From: Prorocentrum cordatum
Taxonomy: Eukaryota
Direction of reading: 5' to 3'
Length of the DNA: 64,000 bases
Assembly (NCBI GenBank): GCA_963575745.1
Contig: CAUYUJ010000002.1
Location: 248,001-312,000, forward strand
Under the pieces are notes generated by a model. That model had not been told where the DNA came from. It made no database searches and saw only the letters and a list, made by a program, of their open reading frames with translations. Shown piece after piece: positions 1-11,610 of this stretch. The position numbers and the translations under genes were made by a program. Position 1 is the first letter of the stretch, and each line of letters begins with the position of its first letter.

Positions 1-1299
1 GCAACAGTGCTGTGACATTCTGGCTTGTGGCATTGTGCAGTGCAACAGTTGCGTGTGACTTTCCGGGCGCCCGCCAACGTGTGGCTCAAGCGTTATTGTT
101 TTTTAGTTTGAAAGGTCTTGCCAGATTTTCATGGTGCGGAGGCCGTGGTTCGCCCCACGGGTTCTAGAGCACACAGGGCGGCGGCGGCAGCTCCAGTTGC
201 CCCCGCGAACACGGGATCCACCGACCACGGTTACGAGGTTACGTTGTATCGTTATGAAAAGTACGAGAAGCCTGGTACAACCTGAGCACGAACCGGGTCG
301 CGGAGCTGTGCAATGCAGAGTGTGATGACGGGGCTTTCAGGTACGTGAACACGGCGCGCAATGCCAATCACGACGGCATGCATGTGTGTTTGGGTTGTTT
401 GTTTTGTTTTGTGTCCTTCCGAGCGCAGTGCTAACATGCACGAGGACGGTTGGTACCGACGAAGTCATAAATTCTGCAATTGAGTTACACAAGGGGCGCC
501 TTCCTGCATCCAGTTAGCAATCGCAACGTGTAGGCTAAGACTCAGTACAGTATCTCAAAGGGGTAGTTGAGGAATGAATTCCAACACCAGCAAACACCTC
601 GGAGCATGTTACCAATATCGCTGAAGCAATGCAGTCCGCAGGAAACGCCAGGGATGGCGGTGGCGGAAACAAGCCCGCGAGTGAGCACAAGGCCGTTCAA
701 CAGTTCAATACGTTTCCATGTGACAAGACCGACTTCAGATAATGCAGCGACATGCCGTTGAATGCACTCGCCCCAGTGCAGCACGGTTACCAGAAAACTT
801 TCAAGAATTTGATCGACGAACCCGAAAACAGGGAAGGGGCATTTCTTGATGACGAAGAGGATGGCCGAATCCAGACCAGGAACGAAAATCTCATGCTGAG
901 CGGGTACAAAATGTGCTGCGGATTGCCGGATCCACAGAAGGAGCGGTCAAGATAACGTCGGACAAAATAGGCGAAACAAAGGATAATGAGCAGCAGGGGG
1001 GGACATGAGTTTGATGTGGGCGGCTATGCCATGTTTGACGAGGACCCTTCGGACATGTTACACACCAGCGGGAGACACAGCCTCGGGGGAAGCTCAAGGG
1101 GCTGCATTGGGGATATGATTTAATGGCGCATCTCAAATCGGAACGTGATACTTTGCGGTTGCGGTGGAGACACTTGAACACGTGCTGAACTCGGCCATGA
1201 TCCCGGAAGCAACCGAAGAACATGAATGAGGTGGCGATGCAGCTTGACGAGTGGAGTGCGTGCGTAGACTCGATGGAGAAATCTGAAAGCTTTGATGAC

Positions 1300-3650
1300 T
1301 CATTCTGGCGATTGGTTTGATGGCTGGTAGCAAGAGTTTTTGAAAACCCAAGAGTCTTCGAACATCCACGCATGCCACGAACACCGCGCTAAGTGAGAGG
1401 ATGCGACGAGGAAGAGCAAGGCTGGGCGCCGACGCACATATCACCGATGCAATTGGCCGTGGCCATGTGAACCGCGATGACATTGTAGGGTGAGGCGCCG
1501 ACGGAGACGATCCAGGTAATTGCGACGATGGAGGTATCTGGCGGCGTTGGGCCGTGGTAGGCGCGGCTGGCAACGGCAGAGCGGACGGAGTTAGCAAGGG
1601 AAAGGGCGAGGACACATTGCCCGTGTGCTACAGGCGTGGAAGGCGCGGCCACGTGGCCGAGTGCCGCGCCACCAATAGAGCCGTCAAAAGGTAAGGGAGC
1701 GGAAGTGGATAATGCAGGCGGGGGGATAATTTCCGAGAAGCGCAGGCTATTCGCGGACAGGCGATGGCGATCGGCGCCGCTAAAACATCAGGCAGGTAGC
1801 GAATGGTGAGGAGGTGCTCGCGAAGAAGTCCACGTCTTCCAAGGCCAGCGGCCACTGTGTCGGAAGGGCCCTCAGCGCGACGCGCCATGATCAGCATCGG
1901 CATGTCGAGTAAGCTGCAGGAGGCAGATCGAGGAGACGGTGGGCCATGTCTGAAGGTTGAGCTAACCAGATGACGGCCGATGACGATTTAGGGCTTCCCG
2001 GCAAAACCTGCGATGCCGAGGTCAAACCGGAGAGAAGCGGGCGGGGGAATTGGGCGGAAACCGGACGCGCGTGCGAGTGGGCTTTCGTTGGCCTGGATCT
2101 GGGTAGATCTTGTCGCGCCTCGCCTCGTGGTTCCAGGGAATTCAATGCCCGCGTGGAGTGCGCGCCTGCGCAGGTCCACTGAGGATTCGGGCACGGGCCA
2201 GGCGCCGGGCGCCCGAGGACAGGGGCGTAAGTGGGATTCAAGGAACGGGGCGGAGGAACGAATGCAAAGGACGAGCGACTGCAGTCGCCTGCAGCTGCCC
2301 AGGACATCCAGCCCCGCCCATGGATCTGTGGAGCGCGTCAACGCCAGGGGGTGGTTGAAAGGGCTTGCCAGAGGTGACGTGCGTAGTTCGTCGCGAACAT
2401 GGAACAGAACAGGCGCGACGCGATGCGTTGGGGGGCGAGCTTGGCCCAGCGTGTGCGTTGAGGCCCGGGGAGAGGTGATGGAGGCAATCATGAAACAAAA
2501 GGTCTGTGAGAGAATTGAGGAGTGATGCTGGGCGTTCGCGGGCAAGGCGCCCACTGGCGCGGGGTGGGTCGACGTCGGCAGAGGGTTTGAGGCCATTCCG
2601 GAGTGCCGACCCCGGCCGTTGGTCAGGCGCGTTAGCTACGCGCCCCGAAAAAAACACGTTTGCAGCTGCGCCGCCATTTGAAGCCTGGGGCCCGCAGGTT
2701 GTGATTATTCATGGCTGTTCCCGTGGGCTGCACGGTGGCGGGGCCGCGCGAGAGAGGGCTGAAGCTGGCGTTCGTGGGCGCTCGGCGGGCGTTGCATTAC
2801 GCTGGCGCCAGCGAGAACACAGTCGCCAGGCAAATTGCCCGAGAAAGATCACGAGTCAGGCATGCGCGGGAGCGTAGAAGTCAATGCGCGCCAGTTGGGG
2901 CGCCTCCGCCACTGGGGGGGATTGTCGCGGGGTCTTTGCACGTGACGTTGGTTTTGACAGCGCGAAGGCGACATTATGTGCGTTTCGAGGCGAAACTGGC
3001 TGACGGCGCACGGGGGCGACGACGTCGCTTTCGACTGCTACGACGAGGAAAATCGCAGGACACTGAAGTGTATATCCTGGGCACGCCCGGACGAGGGCCA
3101 AGCGATGTGGGCGGTCCAAATTCTCCGCCGAATTCTGCAGTGGATAGTTAGATGGCGCGCGGCGCCGGGCGGACCATCCGGAATTGTCGGATAGTCGGTG
3201 GGAGTTGGGCCTGGGGCAGCGCGCGGTATGACGAGATGCCCAGCGCAAAGTTGGCCCGCGAAGAAGATGGTGGGGGGGCCCCACCGAGTCGCGGAGTTAT
3301 GAGATACAGAGCCTTGGTGTCCAGGGCAAGCGATGTCGCGCGGGGCTGCTCGAATGCGCCATTCGCAGTCAGCGAGCTCGCGCGTTTCATGGCAGCCCCG
3401 ACCCGCGAAGCACGAACAAGTTCAATGGAAGTGGGCGAGTACCTCAAGATCCACGACAAGTGCGGGCATCGGCATTCGCATCTGAAGGGCCCCAAGGAGT
3501 GAACCGCGTGGACTGGCGCCGATTAGTCTTGATGCAGGAGAACGCGAGAGTCAACGATCGGCGGAAGTGCAATACGGGGGTCGCATTTGACGAAGTCGCT
3601 TGACTACGAGTATAGGGGCATCACAGAGAAGCAAGGTATTATGAAATTGA
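1300..3650 (+). pseudogene. Highly decayed LINE ORF2 remnant (RT and post-RT region)
   Basis: Fragmented, frameshifted motifs appear in the expected order: AFVGLDLGRS (~2082-2112, RT motif-3-like), FVANM (~2387-2401, YVDD-like), LAFVGARRALHYAG, RWRAAPGGPSGIVG/GSWAWGS, HRHSHLKG. Many stops; boundaries approximate. Confidence 0.4.
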
Positions 3651-5149
3651 GAAAGGCGGCTCAGTAGCGTTAGGGCTTCACGCAGTTCTCAATAATTTCG
3701 ACGTTGTGTGGCTTCCTCTGCAAGATCGATGCCGGCCCATCCTTTGCCTCTGCGGGCTGGCGAGGGCTAGGGCGAGTCCGGCGCGTTGAGGTTTTTGTAG
3801 CTTCGGATGCAAAAGAAGGTGCGACGAGGAGATGTCAATGCGATCAAAGTAGGATATAGCGGGAACCTTACATACGCATGGGCTCAATATGCGAACAGAG
3901 ACAGCACGCCCATGCACTTCGAAGTACCAACCAACACCTTGTTAGCGGCATACACGAGCTGACACCAGCTATGGCGCGTTAGTTTAATGCGTGTTCGCTT
4001 TACTATCGGGTGCCGTGTGAGATCACAAGGCGCCCACAATATCCATTGAGATAATGGTCCGTTGGGGCCCGGATGCTCGTTTACATCTACGACAGAGCAT
4101 GTTAATCATTGTTCGTGGCTCAGTGTTTTGAGACACGTTAGGCATGCTGCATCGCGGGCCAGGAGGCCCCAGTACGCTTGCGCCAAAACGCTAGTCGCCT
4201 CTTGCCTCTGCCAGATGCGTGCTTTACTTGGTTGGAATGACATTTGGCGTGCTTTGCTTGGTTGGAATTCGGTTTTTGACTGTTCAAAATTGCGCTGCTG
4301 CCCTGTGCCTTCGGATCGTTACCTTAAGGCGACGATGTATAGACAAGCGATGTGCATTTTACAGATTAGGCTGGCACTTCTGGCGACCGGACTTCGGTCG
4401 AAGGGTGCGTTATTTGTTTTGCGTCTGTGCCCCGCAGGGAATGCAGTGTAGCAGCGCTTTGTCGTGATAGTCTTTACTGGTCCGCAAGCGTTGCGTTTGA
4501 CTTGCCCGACGCCCGCCGGCGCTTGGCGCAAATGCTGTTGTATTAGTGTTTCAAACAGCCCCCGGCCTTGATTTTCAAGAGGATGGGGAATGTAGGGGGG
4601 CAGGGGGGGAACACTACGGGAGGAGGACGAGGGGGCCCAGTACATTCAATATGCCTTAACAATACTGCAACACGTCCCCCCCGCCCGTCCGCCGAAGCCC
4701 CTACTCCATAAACTCCATGTGTTAACGGTTCTGCAGGAAATTCCCATTTGAAGCACGAACGCCCAATGGTCTTGCAATTCAGGCGGACGCCTCATTTGGA
4801 AAACAGGCTGAGTTTCAAAGTTCACATTCTGAAGACGGCGACGAAGTAGGACCCGAAAATCCAAACTGTTTGTCTGCAGGAATCACGTTGTGAAGTGTCA
4901 TTTCCGGGATCATAAACGGGGAGGGGGTCTTTGGCGAAACGGCTTCGCCTGCCCTGCCGACGCGTCCTTTGGTCAGGCGAGCATGAGGGGGAGGAATGGT
5001 TGAGCCAGGGGGGGAAGGAATGGATGAATGAGGAGGGGGGGAAGAGGAGGAAAAGGAAAAGGAGGAGGTGGAGGAGGAGGGAAAGGAGCCAAGAAGGGAA
5101 AAGGGGAGGATGATGAGGAAGGGGAGGAGGAAGAAGAGGAGGATAACTT

Positions 5150-5234
5150 GCGTAACCCCAAGGCGCACCAACGATGTTGCAATACATCCTCCCTCCAAGT
5201 TCCCTCTTCATAGCCCCCATCTTCAACCGTGCCA

Positions 5235-5275
<41 letters not shown>

Positions 5276-5935
5276 GGGACACAACGCGTCGAGTCAACAC
5301 GGCTGTTGCGTGCTCTCTTAAATCGTGTCAGAACGCCTCCCCTTGGGCTTCAACTGCGAGACAACGTTCCTGTTGCGTTCGGACAATCCTAAATCGAGCC
5401 AGCAACAACATACGTACGAATGTACGGTCAACCTTTTTAGTCGAACATGGACGGCGCTAGGCCAAGAGCCACATCTTGACGTGGAGTTGCCCTCCATCCC
5501 TGAAACGGCTGCAAAGCGTGAGCACGAATGTTGACTGCGCTAGGCCAAGAGCCACATCTTGAGGTGGAGTTGCCCTCCATCCCTGAAACGGCTGCAAAGT
5601 GTGAGCACGAATGTGGGTGGCGCTAAGGCGAGAGCCGCATTTTGAACAGGAACTTCCCTCCATCCTGGAAGCTGCGGTAAACGTCAAAGACGAGTGTGCG
5701 CGGCGCTAGGAGTCGCGCCACCTGTTGACAGAGATCCGCATTGCGTCCTTGAGAAAGTGGCGAACTTTTAAGATGAGTATGCGCGGCGCTAGGGCGAGAG
5801 TCACATGTTAAATACCACGCACCGAATGTTTGGGACGCTCAGGCGAGAGCCACATTTTGAAAACAACCCGCCGTCTACCCCTGAATGTGAGGAAGTCGCT
5901 GGCGAATCGTCCTGCCCGCCCTGCGGACACGTCTG
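5150..5935 (+). repeat. Modular dispersed repeat with 83-bp tandem units (copy A); includes (TA)n at ~5237-5272
   Basis: CGCTA(G/A) unit anchors at 5455, 5538, 5621, 5704 and 5787 (period 83). Leader and end motifs are shared with other copies. Confidence 0.85.
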
Positions 5936-6169
5936 GGGGTGCAACAGGGGGCAGTTACGCACAGGAAAGATGGATGGATGGATGGATGGGGAAGAGCAAG
6001 AGGCGCACCCTGGTGCCCCCTCATCTTCCATCCGCAGGAGGTCAGGCACAACGCCCACAGGTGCAGCGAAGGAAGAGGGTAGGAGAAGTGGAGTGGAGTT
6101 GGCCCCGTTGCGGAATGCAAGTGCGTTGCAATGGCCATGGACACAACGCCTATGGAAAGAATCTCGGCC

Positions 6170-7790
6170 GCCTCGCTTTGACTTCGGCTCGGTTGAGGGC
6201 TTTCGGCTGATTTCCAGCCGCAATCCGATCAAGATATTCGTTACGCGCCTTGGTAATACGCCAAAGGCCCCCAGGACAAACGCTGCCGAGGGAACGCAGT
6301 TGATTTCCAGCAATGGATCCACAGAGGCTGCAACACCAAAGCCCAAAGACACATGGTAGTTCCAGATGTGTGGCGAGTTGGCCCAGCCCCCCACCACGTG
6401 CATCATAGACCCTACCTTAGGAGAAACCAGTACCCCATTCACATGAGAAAGTTCTGAGCGCTCCGTGGCCCGCCAACTTTCCATGGATGCCTTGGACGCC
6501 GTGCAAACAAAGCGTAAACGCTTCCCCTTGCAGTCAGACAGTTGATGGGCGGAGAGAGTGGACGAAACAGCAGCAGCAGAGGGCGGGAGGGGATAGGGGG
6601 GGACGGTGCGAAGCGCCCGACGCCTCTTCTCTTCCTCGACCTCGGCCTCGGTTGTCGCCTGCATGTTGTCGAGCGTCGCCCGCAACGGCCTGAGGCGCAC
6701 CATGCACGCACGCCGTTCATGCAGCAGGGCGCGGGCTCGATCGGGCTGGGGCCCGAGCCTGCTCTGCTGGAACTGCTGCAAGCGCGTCGGCCACGGCATT
6801 GCCTGCCACCAGTGTGCGGACACCACGGTCTCCGCCCAGCACGACTTCTGGCACGCGGGAATGTGTGGAGAGAATTGTGGCAGACCTTCCTTTGGCCGCC
6901 TCTCCCACGGCAGCCAAGATGGGCGTCTTCTTCGTGAGGCCGAGCATGAGCACCGGCGTGCCAGCTTGCAACATGTTCACACTCCGTAGCGTATACCACA
7001 TGGGACTTGGAGGCCCGCAAGGCGACACCGAACGCCTTGAGCTCCCCTCGTGGAACCACTTGGCGTGGACCCGCCAGAGTACCACAGTATGCTGCCTCCG
7101 CCTCCATGCCATTCATCTTCGCCACTGCCAGCCATACGCGCCTGAGCTTGGTAGAACTGGAGTCCGCGCCGCCCGACGCATTCATACAACTAGACAGGGT
7201 CCGTCTCGATGCCAGTACCGAATATCCTCTCCTTAAAAGCATTCGCGCCTGCATAGCACCACTGCTCCTGTCTCGGCGGGTTCGGCACCTTAACCCACTC
7301 TGGTGGCAGCAATCCTCTTAGCCAAGATCGCTCGGTGGCCTCACCTTGAGTCATGGCTTGCGGGTAGCAAGTCGTCGGTGTCGGTGTATATTTTGTTCCG
7401 CAGTTCTTCTCGCACAACCAGACTCGATGCACAGAACTCTCATTCCACTTCTCGCAGCTGTCGCAAGTGGCGTTAGCGAGATTAGACTTGACCATACCCT
7501 TCTTGCGTAGCTTGGGTCAAGATCCTCCTGTGATGACGTTGCGCATCTTCTCGGACAGCCCCAGTCCTTTTTCCGTCGGCAAGATGATCTAGCAGCAGTC
7601 AGTCTGAGTCACTGCCCGTGCCTCCTTCCAGACCGCTGTCACACATTTTCGATGCCGCATGCTTCTACAGTCGCCTCCTCAACGTATGTCTAATGTCCTG
7701 CAACATTGGCTGATGCGTGTCTGACCACATGTTGCCAGTGATATCATTATTTGGGAAGCGCCACTCCTCCATGGTGCCGTCGTCGCCGTC
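6170..7790 (-). pseudogene. Decayed 5'-truncated LINE: CCHC zinc finger, RNase H, C-terminal region
   Basis: Motifs are spread over several frames: NVITGGS*P, CDSCEKWNESSVHRVWLC (C-x2-C-x8-H-x4-C), WLRGLLPPEW, NASGGADSSSTKLRRV, GTLAGPRQVVPRGELKA, VVYATECEHV, THSRVP...GNAVADALA (RNase H motifs). Confidence 0.8.
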
Positions 7791-7824
7791 GTACTCCCGC
7801 ACACTAAATCAAAGTGGTCTCAAC

Positions 7825-8585
7825 TCAGCAGGAGGGGAAGAAGGAGGAAGAAGGGAGGAGGAGGAGGAGGAGGAGAAGGAGGAGGAAGAGGAGGAGGGGG
7901 ATGAGGAGAACCAGGAGAAGGAGAAGGAGGGAGGAGGCAGGAGAAGGAGGAGGAGGAGGAGAAGGAGGAGAAGGAGGAGGAGGAGGGGGAGAGCAGGAAA
8001 TGCTCCCTCGTTACTTCTCTCTCCCGCCCGCAGTCGGGTCCAAGGATTCCGCACACCCGTGTGTACATCGGCGCTGCTTGGCCAGGCCGGAGGCCCAACG
8101 CACACGAAGACCAGGTCCAGGGTGGGTCTGACCCCCACCTCCTCCTCCTCCCCCCTGTCCTCCTCCCCCCCCTCCTCCTCCTCCTCCCCCCCTCCTCCTT
8201 CTCCTCCTCCTCCTCCTCCTCCACCTCCTCCTCCTCCTCCCCTCCTCCCTCCTCCTCCTCCTCCTCCTCCTCCTCCTCCTCCCCTCCTTCCTCCTCCTCC
8301 TCCCCCCCTTCCTCCTCCCTCCCCTCCTCACCTCCTCCTCCTCCCCCTCCTCCTCCTCCTTCCTCCTCCTCTCCCCCTCATCCTCCTTCCTCCGCCTCCT
8401 CCTCCCTCCTCCTCCTCCTCCTCCTCCTCCTCCTCCTCCTCCTCCTCCTCCTCCTCATCTCCCCCTCCTCCTCCCCCTCCTCCTCCTCCCTCCTCCTCCT
8501 CCTCCTCTCCTCCTCCTCCTCCTCCTCCTCCTTCTCCTTCTCCTCCTCCTCCTCCTCCTCTCCTCCTTCTCTCCACCTCCTCCAG
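7825..8585. repeat. (GGA)n tract, unique spacer, then (CCT)n tract
   Basis: Direct reading. Confidence 0.95.
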
Positions 8586-8883
8586 GATGGGTCTGTCCCC
8601 CTGACCGCCGGGCGTTTTTCTTAGTTGTTTGGCCAGTTTTGGCATCCGAGGGCCCTCGCAAGAGGGCCCCGTGGCTGGCAACAGAGAACCAGGGACGAGA
8701 ATCCCGTCCCGGGGAAGGGGCCCAGACCTCCTTGGGTCCGCGCGCTTAGAGAGCACATCGTCGGATGCCTTGGGTAGGGGGGGGGGGGCCTACTCCCCGC
8801 TTTAGCACCCGCACTGTTCTGCGCAAAATATCACGGCGTCGAAGATCCGGGCCGCCAGCCCGCCAGCTCGCCCGTGCCGCCAG

Positions 8884-8969
8884 GCGCTGCCACGGGCCTG
8901 GGCGCCGTGAGGCTGGTCGACGACGGGCGTGGCTCCGTGGAGCTGGTCGCGGGCGCGGTCGCGGGGGAG
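8884..8969 (+). CDS. Putative exon A of a host gene encoding Ig-like beta-sandwich repeats (Nup210/gp210-like?)
   Basis: CAG|G acceptor and GAG|GC donor. GC3-rich codons give AATGLGAVRLVDDGRGSVELVAGAVAGE, which joins exon B in phase 0. Confidence 0.5.
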
Positions 8970-9489
8970 GCCGCGGAGCGCGCCCTTGCCTGTGCCCCTG
9001 GGGGTCGCCGGCTACTGTGAAGCCAGATTTGCGTTGCGCGGCCTGCTTGGGCGAGAGTTGGGCACATTCGAAGAACAACAAGGAACCAACAATGCATAAT
9101 AATAACAAGACAAAGGAGGGTATCACGAGCCATATGAAGCATAGCTCTATGCTTACTATAGAACGAGTGGACGCGGATGCACAACCGTAATTGGCACAAT
9201 GAAACTATCCACATAATGATAAGCACAGCCGTTCGCCAGTATAGACCCAAAACAGTGTGGTTTTAGAACTATGCGTGGTGCTATATGTATGTGGTGCTAT
9301 GTATGTGGTGCAGTATACGTAGAGCAACATCTGTGTCAAACTATACATGGGGCAATAGATGTGAGGCAACTCATGTGAAGCCATCTCTGGTGTGCAATCT
9401 ACGCTGTGCAATATATGTGGGTCACTCTAGGTATTGCAGTTAATCTGATGCAATATATGTTGGGCAATAGATGTTCTGGTGCTGCGGCT

Positions 9490-10161
9490 GGTGCCCTGGA
9501 AGGCCTCTTGGGGCCATCTAGGAGAGCATCGATCAAAAGATAGGGGGTCCTCGATTTCGGCCCCCTCCCAGGAGCCCTCAAATCGCCTCTTGGAGCTCTC
9601 CTGGGGCTCTTTGGGAGGGTATTGGAGCTCTCTTGGGGCTCTTTTAGGGGTCCTGGGGCCCTCTTGGGGCCCTCTTGGGGCTCTCTTGGGGCCCTCTTTG
9701 GAGTCCTGGAAGACCTCTTGGGGCCATCTTGAAGGCCATCGATCAAAGGAGGAGATGGGGCCCAACGAGGCCCAAATGGGGCCAACACCTTAGTAAACCT
9801 AATGGCTTTGGCGCCCAGAGGGCTGGTGGGACAACGTTCAGCCTCCCTCCCCCCAAGAGGCCAAAATGGGGCCAAAACCTTAGTACAGCCAGTGATGTTG
9901 GCGCCCAGAGGGCTGGTGGGACATCTTTTGACCCCCCCCCCCCCCCAAAGAGGCCCAAATGGGGCCAACACCTCAGTAAAACCAATGATTTTGGCTTCCT
10001 CGCCGAAGCCGTTTTGGACGCCCTGGCACCTCGCGACCCCCCCCCCAAAAAAAAATCCAGGGGAGTGGTAAGGGGAGGGGTAAAGGGGAAGCGTTTTTGT
10101 TTGTTTGAAGTGGGAAGAGGAATCTCGCTAGACCACCTGCGCCCAGATGGCTGGTGGGATT
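9490..10161. repeat. CTCTTGGG/CCCAAGAG-rich repeat block ending in a hairpin
   Basis: Dense CTCTTGGGG motifs and a ~90-bp internal repeat (GGGGCCAACACCT.AGTA...GCGCCCAGAGGGCTGGTGGGAC). Confidence 0.75.
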
Positions 10162-10451
10162 TGAGCAGTCTAGGTGGGGCACTATAGGTGGGGCAGTTGG
10201 TGTGGTGCAAACTGTGTTGAGCATTATGTGAAGTGCAGTTCTATGTTGTTCAACCGATGTGAGCAACTTATGTGGTGCAATCAATGTGGTGCAAGCTGTG
10301 TGGTGAAACCTATGCTGTGAAATTCACTTTGACCGTCTTGAAGCTGTCCTCTCTACTGCTAATTCAAACATCCCACCCTCCCACTCGCAACTTGGTCGCA
10401 AGACCTCTGAAGACAAGACCGTGACGGTAGGTACTACATGGCATTTGGCCA

Positions 10452-11085
10452 CGACACCAACGCCGACGACGACAGCGACACCGACGACGACGACAGCGCC
10501 GCCGACACCGACTACGACGACACCGCCGACGTCGACGACGACGAAGACGACGACGCCGACGCCGACGACGACGACGAAGACGACGACGACGTCGCCAACG
10601 AAGACGAGGGAGGAGGGAGGACGACGACGGCGACAACGACGACAACAACGATGGAGGAGGGAAGGACGAGGGAAGAAGGCGACGACGCGAACGACGAAGA
10701 AGGAGGAAGGACGGCGACGCCGACGACGACAACGACGAGGGAGGAGGGAAGACGACGACGACGACAACGACGACGAAGACGACGATGACGGCGACGACAT
10801 AGGAGGGACGACGACGAGACGCCGACGACGGACGACGACGACGACGAGGGAGGAGGACAACGTCGAGGGAGGAGTGAAGACGACGACGACGACGGCGACG
10901 AAATAGGAGGGACACCGACGAAACGCCGACGAGGACGACGAGGGAGGACGACCACGGCGACAACGACGACGGAAGCGACGACGACGCCAGGACGACGACG
11001 ACGAGGAAAGACAGAAGACGACGACGGCGACGACGACGTTGACGACGACGACGAGGGAGGAGGAAGGACGGCGACGACGACGACG
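10452..11085. repeat. Degenerate (GAC)n microsatellite
   Basis: Direct reading. Confidence 0.95.
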
Positions 11086-11610
11086 CAAGAGCGCGCGCGC
11101 ACGCTTTTGTTGGAAATCCGTGTTGTGCAACCTTGTGTTTTTGTATGTTTTTTGGACACGATTTTGAAATCCTTCCGAAACCGAAGGTTTTTGAAAGATT
11201 TCGGCATACGCGCGCGACGACGCGCGCGCCTGCACTTCGTCCCGTTTTTTGCAAAGGATTCTCGCGACGGCACACGCGCAAGGGCATTCGACAGAATTTC
11301 GACATGCGCGCGCGCGAAGCACGTCTGGTAGCATTTTGTAGCAGTTTGAAACACCTATGGGTTCTTAAGATTTCGCAAGAGCTCGCGCGTAAGTTTTTTT
11401 AGGGAATCAGTGTTGCGAAACCCTGTGTTTTTGTATGCTTTTGGGGGAACTCGATTGCGAAATCCTTTCGGCACCGATGGTTTTTTTGAAGGATTTCGGC
11501 ATGCGCGCGCGACGACGCGCGCGCGTGCACTTCGTCCTGTTTCTGTTGCGAGGGATTCGTGAAACAGTGCTATGTTAGAACCACAAATGTCGCCGCACAG
11601 TGTTTTTTTA
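11086..11610. repeat. GCGCGCGC-motif repeat family, ~290-bp tandem duplication; related pieces at ~12440-13110 and ~14930-15130
   Basis: GTGTTG.G.AACC.TGTGTTTTTGTATG...GATTTCGGCAT.CGCGCG.GACGACGCGCGCG...TGCACTTCGTCC occurs twice. Confidence 0.75.

Noticed and set aside
7317..7521. SL-like strings (CTTAGCCAAGATCGCTCGG, SL-like on the minus strand; CGTAGCTTGGGTCAAG on plus)
   Set aside because: They need several indels and lie inside LINE coding remnant, so they are likely chance.
7717..8756. Poly-Pro/Glu/Ser ORFs (also 18267-19882 and similar)
   Set aside because: They are (GGA/CCT)n artefacts, apart from the embedded exon candidate.
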